Source: a virus. From it: a stretch of 64,000 nucleotides of DNA. A program made the position numbers and the translations under genes. This document shows positions 26,579 to 36,315 of the stretch, in pieces. The DNA is taken from positions 1 to 64,000 of IMG/VR virus record IMGVR_UViG_3300023118_000001; one strand, written 5' to 3'. The notes beneath the pieces are model-generated. The model was not told the origin of the DNA. It searched no databases and saw nothing but the letters and a program-made list of their open reading frames with translations. Within the stretch, counting starts at the first letter, position 1. Each line of letters begins with the position of its first letter.

Positions 26579-29500
26579 CTATCGATCAGGGTAAACAGAT
26601 CCGCGCCGCGGGCAATCGCCATCCGCTGACCATTGAAGGCGAGTGGAAGGTGCACCCGCTGACATCCGCCATTGAGGGTGCCAAGGGCGCCTCCAAACCG
26701 CCTGCCCAGTACATCCCGGTGGAAGCCCCGCAGTCGCTGCGAAGCAAGGCGCGCGGGCGCATCCTCGACCTGCTGGCGCACGGCCCAATCGTGGGGCTGG
26801 TCAACGGGCTGCAGTCGGTATTCCTGGACAGCACGCCGCTGCAGAACCCTGACGGCACGTTCAACTTCAACGGCATCACCGTCCAGACCCGCGAGGGTTA
26901 CCCTGACCAGGCGTACATCCCCGGCTTCACCGCCGTGGAAAACACCATCGACATCTCGGCCGAGGTGAAATTCGCCACGCCGCTGGTGCGGTCGGTGACC
27001 AACAACGACGCCAACGCGGTGATCGTGACCCTGGCTGTACAGGGGCTGAGTGAGCAGAAAGCCAACGGCGATATGGCCGGTTACCAGGTTGGCTTTTACA
27101 TCGACGTGAAAAACTCCAGCGGTGCCTGGACGGTCACGGCGGGTGACACCATCGTCGGCAAAACCACCACCGCCTACCAACGCTCGGTGCGGGTGCCGCT
27201 CAATGGCGTTGGCCCGTTCGATATCCGTGTGCGCCGCGCGCAGCCGGAGTCCAGCTCGGCCAAGATCCAGGACGATCTGTTTTGGGCCATGATGACCGAG
27301 GTCATCGACGCTCGGCTGTCCTATCCGGACAGCGCTCTGGTGGCGCTGGACGCCGACTCGGAACTGTTCGGCTCCAAGATGCCGGCCCGCTCCTACGACG
27401 TGAAGCTCAGCATCATCCGCATCCCGAGCAACTACGACCCGATCAACCGCACCTACAGCGGGTTTTGGGACGGGCAGTTCAAGATGGCGTGGTCGGACAA
27501 CCCGGCCTGGTGCTTCTATGACCTGTCGACCCACCCGGTCATCGGCGCCAACAACCAGTCCGTGGACAAATGGTCGCTGTACCGCATCGCGCAGTATTGC
27601 GACGAAATGGTGCCCAACGGCTACGGCGGCTGGGAGCCACGGTTCACCTGCAACACGCTGTTCGCCAGCCGTGAAGAAGCCATCGTTGTCCTGAACACCC
27701 TGGCCAGTGTTTTCCGTGGCATGGTCTACTGGGGTTCGGACTCGGTCATGGCCGTGGCCGACATGCCAGGCGATGCGCTGAAGCTGGTCACCCCAGCCAA
27801 CGTCACCTCGGACGGGTTCGAGTACGTCGGCACCTCACTGCGCGAGCGTCACTCCGTAGCCGTGGTGATGTGGAACGACCCGAACGATGAATACAAGCAG
27901 GTCCCGGAGCTGTACGAGGACCCTGAAAGCATCCAGTTGTTCGGTTGGAGAGAGACCCAGGTCACCGCAGCGTGCTGCACCAGCCGAGGCCAGGCACGGC
28001 GTCTGGCCAAGTGGATTCTGTACTCGGAACGGATGGAGACGGAGATCGTTTCCTACACCGCGACAGCTGACCACGCTGACCTGCGCCCAGGCGACTACAT
28101 CAAGATCTCCGACCCGGACCGGGCCGGCGCGCGGTATGGCGGCCGGACACTCGATGGCACAGCCAAGGTCATCACCCTGGACAAGGCACCGAAGCCTGGC
28201 GAAGTGGTCGGGACCTGGTATCTGAACTGCGTCATGCCAAGCGGCGTGATCCAGACCCGCGAGGTGCAGGGTTTCAACGGCGACGTGTGCACCCTGAAGC
28301 AGGCGTTCCCGGAAGTGCCGATCAAGGGCGCCGTGTGGGTCTTGTCCAGCGCCTCGCTGGTGACGCCGATGTACCGGGTGACCTCGGTGGTCGAGCAGGA
28401 TGACGGGCTGACCTATCAGATCTCGGCGACCGAGCACAACCCGAACAAGTACAACTTCGTCGAGTTCGACCTGCAGCTGCCCGATACACCGGACAGCACC
28501 ATCCCGTCTGGCCCGCTGGCCGGCCCTACGCACATCACCGCGTCGTCGTTCAAGTACGTTGCCGGCGGCACTGAGCACCAGGGTCTGACCGTGAGCTGGA
28601 GAGGCGTGGACGACGTCCGCTGCAACGGTTACATCCTCGAGGCGCGCGACCCGAACGACGTCACCTTCCGCACCATCTACTCCGGCGCCGGCCTGAGCGT
28701 GGACGAGAAGGACATCGTCGACGGCGAGTGGATATTCCGCATCAAGGCCACGACCTCCACCGGACGGACCTCGGAGTGGGTGCAACTGACCGTCAACATC
28801 GCAGGCCTGCTGCTGCCCGCGCCGCCCGACAGCATCCAGGTCGACGTCACCACGTTCGAGATCTCGCTGCGCCCGCGCAGCATCTACCCGGGTGCGATGT
28901 ATGAGTTCTGGCGCAGTGATGTGCCGCTGACCATGAACATGGTGGAGTCGAACGCCAGGCGTATCGCCATCGGCACCGACCTGGTGGACGTGGGCCTGAA
29001 GCCGAAAACCACCTACTACTACTACGTGCGAGGCACCAACATCTACGGCGTCTCCCAGTTCGTTGGCGCGCAGGGCACCACCCTGTACAACTTCGAGGAC
29101 ATCCTGGCTGCGCTGGACGAGGAGATTCGCCGACCAGGTGGGCTGTTCGACGAGATGCTGCAGTCGGCCGCAGCCAACGTCGAGGGCGTGAAGAACGCGC
29201 TGGACGCGCTGAAGACCGACATCCGCATGCAGAAGATGCTGGAAACCATCCGGGATCTGTCGACCAAGGCGCAACTGGAAGGCACCGCAGCGCGCAACAT
29301 GGTCGAGGAGATCACCCGCCTGACCGAAGACGAAGCGCTGGTGGCGCGGATCACCACGCTGCAGGCTCAGGTCGACGACGACATCACAGCGTCCCTCGAG
29401 GAGATGCAGTTCGCCATGGCGGCGAACAACGAAGCGATCGCTGGCCAGATCCTGACGATCAAGACGCAGATCAACGACGACATCCTGGCTGCCATGCTGG

Positions 29501-30036
29501 TCGAGCAGACTGCTCGGGTCGACGGTGACGGCGCGCTGTCGCAGCGGATTGAAACCCTGTCGGCGTCGACCGAGGACGACATCGCCACGGTCAAGCAAGA
29601 GATCACCGCGCAGGCCAACTACACCGACGGCGCCGTCGCGCGCGCGGTCACCACCGCCACGGTCAACGGCAAGTCGGCTGTGTTCGGTATCCAGGTGGCG
29701 GACGGTGTTGCGGAGATCGGTGCGATCGCTGACCGGTTCTACGTCTACAACCCAGTCGGCGGCAGCTACACGCTGGCGTTCGCGGTAGTTGACGGGCGCA
29801 CGGTAATCCAGGACGCTCTGATCCGCGAAGCCTCCATCACCATGGCCAAGATCAGCCAGGCGCTGCAGTCCGACAACTACAAGCCGAACGAAATTGGCTG
29901 GCGTCTGACCAAGGCGGGGGTCTTCGAGATGAACGGCAACACACCAGGTGAGGGCAGCCTGGTGCAAACCAACCAGACCATCACCGTGACCGACGGCGCG
30001 GGCACACCGCGGGTCAAGCTAGGAAGGCTGAATTGA
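26575..30036 (+). CDS. central tail fibre/host specificity protein (gpJ-like)
   Basis: GPIVGL, WSDNPAW, YCDEMV, EPRFTCN, CTSRGQARR, FN3-like and coiled-coil regions, ADRF..F.VVDG C-terminus. Confidence 0.95.
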   Translation: MTIDQGKQIRAAGNRHPLTIEGEWKVHPLTSAIEGAKGASKPPAQYIPVEAPQSLRSKARGRILDLLAHGPIVGLVNGLQSVFLDSTPLQNPDGTFNFNGITVQTREGYPDQAYIPGFTAVENTIDISAEVKFATPLVRSVTNNDANAVIVTLAVQGLSEQKANGDMAGYQVGFYIDVKNSSGAWTVTAGDTIVGKTTTAYQRSVRVPLNGVGPFDIRVRRAQPESSSAKIQDDLFWAMMTEVIDARLSYPDSALVALDADSELFGSKMPARSYDVKLSIIRIPSNYDPINRTYSGFWDGQFKMAWSDNPAWCFYDLSTHPVIGANNQSVDKWSLYRIAQYCDEMVPNGYGGWEPRFTCNTLFASREEAIVVLNTLASVFRGMVYWGSDSVMAVADMPGDALKLVTPANVTSDGFEYVGTSLRERHSVAVVMWNDPNDEYKQVPELYEDPESIQLFGWRETQVTAACCTSRGQARRLAKWILYSERMETEIVSYTATADHADLRPGDYIKISDPDRAGARYGGRTLDGTAKVITLDKAPKPGEVVGTWYLNCVMPSGVIQTREVQGFNGDVCTLKQAFPEVPIKGAVWVLSSASLVTPMYRVTSVVEQDDGLTYQISATEHNPNKYNFVEFDLQLPDTPDSTIPSGPLAGPTHITASSFKYVAGGTEHQGLTVSWRGVDDVRCNGYILEARDPNDVTFRTIYSGAGLSVDEKDIVDGEWIFRIKATTSTGRTSEWVQLTVNIAGLLLPAPPDSIQVDVTTFEISLRPRSIYPGAMYEFWRSDVPLTMNMVESNARRIAIGTDLVDVGLKPKTTYYYYVRGTNIYGVSQFVGAQGTTLYNFEDILAALDEEIRRPGGLFDEMLQSAAANVEGVKNALDALKTDIRMQKMLETIRDLSTKAQLEGTAARNMVEEITRLTEDEALVARITTLQAQVDDDITASLEEMQFAMAANNEAIAGQILTIKTQINDDILAAMLVEQTARVDGDGALSQRIETLSASTEDDIATVKQEITAQANYTDGAVARAVTTATVNGKSAVFGIQVADGVAEIGAIADRFYVYNPVGGSYTLAFAVVDGRTVIQDALIREASITMAKISQALQSDNYKPNEIGWRLTKAGVFEMNGNTPGEGSLVQTNQTITVTDGAGTPRVKLGRLN

Positions 30037-30398
30037 GCAACTGGGGACTGGAAATCAGGAACGGGCAAGGCTTCACAAGCCTTGACCCGGACACCTTCAC
30101 CGTGAAGCTGATCGAATCGGTGTGGGTGGGCTGGACCACCATCGACCAAAGTACCGTGATCGACATCCCCATCGAGACCACCTCGGTGGGTGGGGTGTTC
30201 GCTGTGATCACGATCTACAAGATGATGACAGCGGTGCTGAACCCTGACATGCAGATTTACTTCCAGTCCAACGCGCAGCACCCCCAGTGCCTTCCCGTCG
30301 TCGAGGTTTACCCGGGCATGGTCCGAGTGCGGGGTCAGCCAGTGCCAGGCTCCCGCGCTACCGGTATGATCGTGATCAACCTAATGAAATACCTCTAA
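30033..30398 (+). CDS. small tail-tip-associated protein
   Basis: Coupled to gpJ; WGLEIRNGQG..LD N-terminus typical of post-J genes. Confidence 0.65.
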   Translation: MSNWGLEIRNGQGFTSLDPDTFTVKLIESVWVGWTTIDQSTVIDIPIETTSVGGVFAVITIYKMMTAVLNPDMQIYFQSNAQHPQCLPVVEVYPGMVRVRGQPVPGSRATGMIVINLMKYL

Positions 30399-30406
30399 GG
30401 ACTACC

Positions 30407-31237
30407 ATGTCATACGGATTCTCGGTGCTGGGGAACAGCGGTCAGCTGGTGATCGACGAAGACTCGATGATCATGACCCAGGCATTCCGTGGCGACATCA
30501 TCGTCAGCCCTAACGGGCTGCTCGGGCCTCAGTACGCCTACGGTTACTGCCACGTCACCTACCCTCAGGTGGTCGCCACCGAGTACCCGCCGTTTGTGTT
30601 CGCTGTGCCGACGCCTGGCGTGGTGCCGTGTGGCCTGGGCACGTTCCTGCATCGCGGCGTGGAAGGGGCATGGACCGGGTTCACGGTGCTGGTGACCAAA
30701 CACATCTTCGCCCAAGACGGCTCAGCGATGTACGCAGGGTTCAACACTGGTTGGCAGTACCGGGTCGGCAGCTTCGGGCTGCCAGGTGACAACGGCTACG
30801 CCGACTACGGCCTGCGCATCATGAATGAGTGGAGCGACATCACTTACGACAGCGCCTGGCCCATCATCAAGTTCCGCGGGCTGATGTCGGCCTGGGTCCT
30901 GCAGGAGTTCACTCGCGGGTACGCGCTGAACAACTACTGGGGCGCTGCAGACGTGTCCGGCGACGAAGACTACGTTCTGGCCAAGGGCACGCATGCCTGG
31001 GGCTACCCTGACCTCACCCACGGGTTCATGCTCTCTGGCATGGGATCGGTGGCCACCACCGTCGACCGTGGATCTTGGGAGGCTCCGGTGAACGCGGTCG
31101 TCACCGTGGGCTTCCCCGACGGTAACCGAGGCAACCTATGGGCGGTTGCTTTCTTCGGCGCTGCACAACACCCTAGCGGTGATCTCAGCGCAATGCGAAA
31201 CTGGAACCTCCTGACGGCCGACTTCTCCGGCACGTAA
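30407..31237 (+). CDS. tail-tip-associated protein
   Basis: Internal duplication: YGFSVLGNSGQLVID and YGLRIMNEWSDITYDS. Confidence 0.7.
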   Translation: MSYGFSVLGNSGQLVIDEDSMIMTQAFRGDIIVSPNGLLGPQYAYGYCHVTYPQVVATEYPPFVFAVPTPGVVPCGLGTFLHRGVEGAWTGFTVLVTKHIFAQDGSAMYAGFNTGWQYRVGSFGLPGDNGYADYGLRIMNEWSDITYDSAWPIIKFRGLMSAWVLQEFTRGYALNNYWGAADVSGDEDYVLAKGTHAWGYPDLTHGFMLSGMGSVATTVDRGSWEAPVNAVVTVGFPDGNRGNLWAVAFFGAAQHPSGDLSAMRNWNLLTADFSGT

Positions 31238-31259
31238 GCCAACCACAAGGATGCAGGTA

Positions 31260-31967
31260 ATGGCAGCAGCAGACAATTTCCCAGCGTTTAACGCAGCGGT
31301 GGCTGAGCTTACGCTCAAGGTCCAGGCGCTGATCACCGACGTCAGCGGTGCCCAGGCATCCCTCGGCCCTGAGGTGGCAGCAGCCCTGATCAAACTGGAA
31401 GCCGCGACCACGGCAGCCAACACCGCCGTGGCTGCCGCGACCACCGCGACCCAGGCCGCCGCCGCGCTGACCGCCCTCAAGGCTGAGTTCGACGCCGCCA
31501 TCATCACGGTCGAGGGATTGACCACCGACGTGGGCACGCTGAACGAGCAGGTCGGCGCAGCCATGGCGCTGATGACCACCACGCAGCTTGCGCTGCAGGC
31601 CGCGCTGGATGAAATCGAAGGCATCTCCGGCAACCTCGCCCAGGTGAAAAAGCTCAGCCTGGCAGCGGTCAGCCCGGCTGGCCACGCCTCGGCGGTGATC
31701 AACACCGCGCACAACGTCGGCAACGGCGGGCTGATGCTGCTCGGCGTCTACTGCACCACGTCCACCCCGCTGCAGATGTACGACGTGCTGATCAAGGTCG
31801 GCTCGACGATCCTGTACGAGGCGGCCGGCGTGCTGGGTGAACTGAAGGATACCTTCTCGCACTTCGCCATCGCCAGCGGCGTGATGGAAGTCACCCTGAC
31901 CAACCAGGGCAACGCAGCCGCCGTGCTGACCCCGACCGTCGTCTTCACGGAGCTGGCCCTCGTATGA
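31260..31967 (+). CDS. coiled-coil fibre stalk/adaptor
   Basis: Ala/Thr-rich heptads then a beta domain; coupled to the next gene. Confidence 0.65.
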   Translation: MAAADNFPAFNAAVAELTLKVQALITDVSGAQASLGPEVAAALIKLEAATTAANTAVAAATTATQAAAALTALKAEFDAAIITVEGLTTDVGTLNEQVGAAMALMTTTQLALQAALDEIEGISGNLAQVKKLSLAAVSPAGHASAVINTAHNVGNGGLMLLGVYCTTSTPLQMYDVLIKVGSTILYEAAGVLGELKDTFSHFAIASGVMEVTLTNQGNAAAVLTPTVVFTELALV

Positions 31968-34900
31968 GCATCAACACCAACCAAAGCTCCAGCTACATCC
32001 ACCTGGCCACCGACATCGCCATCGAAGGGCAGAACTTCGACGAGGTTCGCGCGGAGTGGCGAGACATCCAGAACTTCAACCTGCAGAACACCTTCAACTA
32101 CGCCGGCTCCAATCAGACCGGCTCGTGGATTGTGGACGGTGGCGACGGCGCGGCACCGGCAGAGACCCGTGAGAAGCGGGCGTTCTGCACCACCGGCAAG
32201 GCCAGCATCACGTTCACCGGCACCAGTGTCGCGGTGCGTGCATCGCTGAACCCCGGCTGGGGCGTGGCGTACATCCTGATCGATGGGCAGCTGCCCTCCA
32301 CGATCCCGGGCCTGGCCAAGTTCAAGGACATCGTCAGCTCCAACGCCGATGACTTCAGCGCCTGGGGCAACGAGTTCCGCGACCAGGTGGTGGCCGACGG
32401 TCTGGCGCCTGGCACGCACACGCTGGACATCCTCTGCTACACCAACAGCCCGACGGAGTTCTTCATCTTCTCCGGGATCAAGGTCTACTCCTACGCCAAC
32501 AAAGACATCGACATCAAGGCGTTCTCGCTCAAGACCAGCGAGCGAGTGCAGCCCACCAAACTCAAGCTGTGGACCCAAGGCGTCTCGGCTGAGAACGTGG
32601 TACTGAATTTTGACGCCAAACTTCTGCACCCGACCACACAGACCTCGCTGGGTAACGTGCTGATCGGCGCGTTGAACGCCAACACAGCCTACGAGCTGTC
32701 GTTCGCCCCCAACCTGCTGGGCACGGAGCCATCGGGGATCATCACCCTGCCGATTGTGATGACAGCCAACGTGGGTGACCCGGACGGCACCAACGTCGGC
32801 GAGGTGGCGCTGGATCTGACCCACACCTCGGACCAGATCACCTACGTCAGCACCAACTGGTGGGAAGACCCAGCCACGCCGACCCTGGCGAGCATGCACG
32901 CGACTGCATCCAAGCAGGCCTGGCTGTCCTTCAACCACACCGGTGACCTGCTCAAGCTGCTGGGCTACGTGGACTTCGGCGCGGCCACGGTGCGCGTGCT
33001 GAAGGACGCTGTCGAGCGCAACCTGACCTCTTGGAACGTCGGCCAGACCGTGATCAACATCGCCTCCACTGTCGGCATCACTGTCGGCATGATGGCGATC
33101 GGTCGCGGCATTCCTGACAACGTCACAGTGACCGCGGTAACGCCGACCAGTGTGACATTGTCGGCGGCGGTGACCATCAAGGTCACCAACGGCGCCATCG
33201 CCTTCGGCACCGTGCACGGCGTCCTCGACATGAACGAGAACAACGAGGCGCTGCAGGGCACCATGCAGATGCGTCAGCTGGCTGGCTTTGGCGCAACCTA
33301 CAAAGGTCGCCTGGTGTTGCAGCCGACGGCGAACAAGACCTTCGGCGTGAACATGATCTACACCCGCCGGACCTACACCTACACCATCGTCACCGAGACG
33401 CTTAACGCCAAGTTCAGCATCTCCCAGGTCAACCACCTGCCGATCTCCGGCGTCAAGCTGGACGGCGGCAAGATCGCCTACATCGACCCGAACAAGAACG
33501 TCTACACGCCGCTGGCCAACCCGCCAATCGACAACCGCAACATCAGCGAGGTCAGCATCGAGTACCGGTTCCCGACGTTCCTGTGCTGCTACACAGCCGG
33601 CAACAAGGAGCTGTTCAAGCAGTACGACGTGGTGATCACCGACCCGATGGCGCTGAGCCGCAAGGAAGTGAAAGAGCTGCAGGACCTCGGCATCCAGGTG
33701 ATCAACTACGTGTCCTTCGGCGAAGAGGACGGCGTGCTGTCGAACATTTGGGACAACACCTCGGAACAGGGTCCGCACACTGGCGACGGCACAGGGCCTG
33801 GCGGTTACGCCGGCTACTACCTGAAGGGTGGCTACGACATGGGCGAGTTCTCGGAGTGCACCAACGACCGCCAGCGCTACGAAGGCGTGAAGGCGTGTGC
33901 CTTGAGCAACCCGAAGTATTACCAGGGCGTGGGGCGCTGCTCGAAGGCCTGTGGCAACGATTCGCGCACCGGGTACAGCGAGTACGAGACCGGGGGCAGC
34001 TGCGCCGCGGGCTTCACCAAGGACAACAACTGGATTCGTGACGCCTCCACAGCGTGCTCGAACAACGCCTGCCCGCAGTTCTCGCCGATGCACAGCGGCT
34101 GCACCCAGTACGTCCAGGCCGAAGGCGTGTGGGGTCAGGATTTCTCAATCCTCGATCACAACGCGCCGGACGAGAACGGGATTTGGGACTCCTTCTACGT
34201 CGACGCGGTGAAGCGCGGGCCTGGCAGCTGGTTCAATAGGCTGCAGGATTACTACCTGCCGCTGGTGTTCAACGAGCCGGTTCCCTACGACGAAGTCCTG
34301 ACCGTGGCTCAGCACCCGCTGACCGATGGCTCGCTGATCTACGGCATCCTGATGACCCACGCGCCGATCGATGATCATGAACCCTTCAGCGTGCAGCATG
34401 TGGCCAGCGGCAAGTTCCTGATCCCAGGCCAGCACTTCTCCTACGACCAGAAGATCGGCACCATCATCCTGGCGTTCAACAGCGGTGTGCTGGAGCCGGA
34501 AGCGCCGCCTAACCCTGCCGTCGGCGCGCAGTACCGCGTGAAGTATTCCAAGCGCGGCCTGGGCAGCGACGGGGTGTTCATGGACACCGTCGACACCGTG
34601 GACATCTACCCGCGCGAGGACTACCTGCAGGGGGCGGCTGACCTGATCAACGACCTCAAGCTGCTGTGGCCTGACCGCGCGTTCTGCTCCAACCGTGGGT
34701 TCACCATCTACGACCGCATGATCCACAGCTGCACCTGGATCATGACCGAGTCGGTGTTCAGCCATTACCACTTCGGCGAGGACTACTACAGCGAGGTCGA
34801 CGAGGCTGCGGCTGTGTGGAACGAAGAAGTGGCGGCGATGATTCAGGAGCTTCGCAAGAAGCACACCTTCGACGTGGTCTGCTTGAACTACGCGCCTAAC

Positions 34901-35077
34901 GGCCCTGAGGGCGATGCGCTTCGCGCGCGCGTGTACGAGAAGTGTCTGGAGCTGGGCTGGCTGCCCTGGCTGTCGACTATCCTGCTGAACGATCCGCTGC
35001 CCAACCGCCCATTCAATACCGGCAAGGGCTACATCCGGACCAACAACTGGAGGAAGATCAATGTCCGCAATCTATGA
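31964..35077 (+). CDS. multidomain tail-module protein with a PelA/GH166 (GH114-like) glycoside hydrolase
   Basis: CBM-like jelly roll (ASITFTGTSV..GVAYILIDG..GLAPGTHTL); YDVVITDP, YVSFGE, DGVFMDTVDT, NRGF, MTESVF. Confidence 0.8.
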   Translation: MSINTNQSSSYIHLATDIAIEGQNFDEVRAEWRDIQNFNLQNTFNYAGSNQTGSWIVDGGDGAAPAETREKRAFCTTGKASITFTGTSVAVRASLNPGWGVAYILIDGQLPSTIPGLAKFKDIVSSNADDFSAWGNEFRDQVVADGLAPGTHTLDILCYTNSPTEFFIFSGIKVYSYANKDIDIKAFSLKTSERVQPTKLKLWTQGVSAENVVLNFDAKLLHPTTQTSLGNVLIGALNANTAYELSFAPNLLGTEPSGIITLPIVMTANVGDPDGTNVGEVALDLTHTSDQITYVSTNWWEDPATPTLASMHATASKQAWLSFNHTGDLLKLLGYVDFGAATVRVLKDAVERNLTSWNVGQTVINIASTVGITVGMMAIGRGIPDNVTVTAVTPTSVTLSAAVTIKVTNGAIAFGTVHGVLDMNENNEALQGTMQMRQLAGFGATYKGRLVLQPTANKTFGVNMIYTRRTYTYTIVTETLNAKFSISQVNHLPISGVKLDGGKIAYIDPNKNVYTPLANPPIDNRNISEVSIEYRFPTFLCCYTAGNKELFKQYDVVITDPMALSRKEVKELQDLGIQVINYVSFGEEDGVLSNIWDNTSEQGPHTGDGTGPGGYAGYYLKGGYDMGEFSECTNDRQRYEGVKACALSNPKYYQGVGRCSKACGNDSRTGYSEYETGGSCAAGFTKDNNWIRDASTACSNNACPQFSPMHSGCTQYVQAEGVWGQDFSILDHNAPDENGIWDSFYVDAVKRGPGSWFNRLQDYYLPLVFNEPVPYDEVLTVAQHPLTDGSLIYGILMTHAPIDDHEPFSVQHVASGKFLIPGQHFSYDQKIGTIILAFNSGVLEPEAPPNPAVGAQYRVKYSKRGLGSDGVFMDTVDTVDIYPREDYLQGAADLINDLKLLWPDRAFCSNRGFTIYDRMIHSCTWIMTESVFSHYHFGEDYYSEVDEAAAVWNEEVAAMIQELRKKHTFDVVCLNYAPNGPEGDALRARVYEKCLELGWLPWLSTILLNDPLPNRPFNTGKGYIRTNNWRKINVRNL

Positions 35078-35351
35078 TTTCAGCAACCCGTTCCTGCGGA
35101 ACATGCCGATGGTGGCGATCGTGCGCGCGACCAGCAAGAAGAATGGCGAGGTGACCACCACGCCGGACACCCAGTGCCGACGGATCTTTTTCAGGGTCAG
35201 TAATAACCGGGTGTTCCCGGCGCCGGCCGGGCAGCAGGAGATCATGCACGAGGGTAAGGCGATGGATGCGTTCTACGGCTTCGATAACCTCCGGGAGTTC
35301 AACCCGGAGGAGATCAACGCCTCACACGACGCCAACCCTAAGCCTCGGTAG
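35061..35351 (+). CDS. hypothetical partner/chaperone of the hydrolase protein
   Basis: SD GGAGG; overlaps the end of the upstream gene. Confidence 0.65.
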   Translation: MSAIYDFSNPFLRNMPMVAIVRATSKKNGEVTTTPDTQCRRIFFRVSNNRVFPAPAGQQEIMHEGKAMDAFYGFDNLREFNPEEINASHDANPKPR

Positions 35352-35775
35352 GCGCGGGCGGTGCGTGCTCAGCAGTGGCAGTGGCGATGTCAATGAAGCG
35401 CGCACCGTGGACCTGAGTCAGGATGCCGTCGGCGATGATATCGCCGTGCTTGATTTGTACGATTGATTTGCCTTCATTCATCAGTTCGATTGTGACTTCC
35501 CCGTCAAAGGCGCTGTCCAACAAACCGACCCGGGTGCCGTGGTGGTTCATGCTGGACAGATCCTGCGCGCGGCGAGGATAAATCTCGATGATCCAGCTGT
35601 TCGGGACCAGGACTTTAAGTCCGGTGCGGAACAGTGCTTTGCCGCCTGGGCCAATGAATTCGCCTTCGGGGTTTTCTACCAGGGCAGAGAATTGAAAGAA
35701 CGCTGCACCGCCCGTGTTGTTGATCGGGAGAGTTGCATCGGGGTGGAGTTTCTCGGTTTGCATTGCCACAATCAT
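35338..35775 (-). CDS. degenerate trimeric dUTPase-fold protein
   Basis: KLHPDATLP, TGL..P, GLLDSAFDGEV, IKHGDIIAD; motif V absent; SD AAGGA. Confidence 0.8.
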   Translation of the reverse strand: MIVAMQTEKLHPDATLPINNTGGAAFFQFSALVENPEGEFIGPGGKALFRTGLKVLVPNSWIIEIYPRRAQDLSSMNHHGTRVGLLDSAFDGEVTIELMNEGKSIVQIKHGDIIADGILTQVHGARFIDIATATAEHAPPAPTEA

Positions 35776-35805
35776 GCGGGGTAGTCCTTGCAGATGGAAA
35801 ACGCA

Positions 35806-35889
35806 ATGATGGCGTGGACTGCAGCGTGACACAAGACCGACCGGCCTGTGCCGCCTTATGTTGTTATAGGGGTGGCAAACAGCTATCCT
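35806..35889. promoter_or_regulatory. divergent promoters for the pseudo-dUTPase and lysis genes
   Basis: Plus TTGTTA-N17-TATCCT (35861-35889); minus TTGTGT-N17-CATCAT (35834-35806). Confidence 0.45.
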
Positions 35890-35919
35890 GCGTCACACGT
35901 TATAGGGAAATAGCCGCTG

Positions 35920-36315
35920 ATGATTACTGATCCAGCTTCGAATACAGGGTGGCTGACGGTCTGCTTCGTCTACGCATGGTCAGTAATGGAGCAGCTGCAC
36001 CCTGGATCGGCCATGGGAGCTTCCTTCGGCTGCGTATTTTTCGTCCTCCTGCCAGACCCCGTAGTTACCTCCTTCGTTTCAAAACTTCTTCGCAAAATCG
36101 GACTCACAGTTGTGTCCTGGGGGTTCGGCTACGCTGTGGGGATTGCATTCTCGAACAGCAGCTCGATGCTGGCAGCGATTATTGGAGCTGCGGTCGCCTC
36201 TGGTGTTCTAGGCGCCATCAACCTGATGGTCAAGAACGACGGCGATTTGCCGCAGTGGATGTCTTCACTGATTAACGCAATCCTACGGTTAAAGCGAGGC
36301 GGCGATGAACAATGA
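35920..36315 (+). CDS. putative holin
   Basis: Multiple hydrophobic segments; first gene of the lysis cassette. Confidence 0.7.
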   Translation: MITDPASNTGWLTVCFVYAWSVMEQLHPGSAMGASFGCVFFVLLPDPVVTSFVSKLLRKIGLTVVSWGFGYAVGIAFSNSSSMLAAIIGAAVASGVLGAINLMVKNDGDLPQWMSSLINAILRLKRGGDEQ

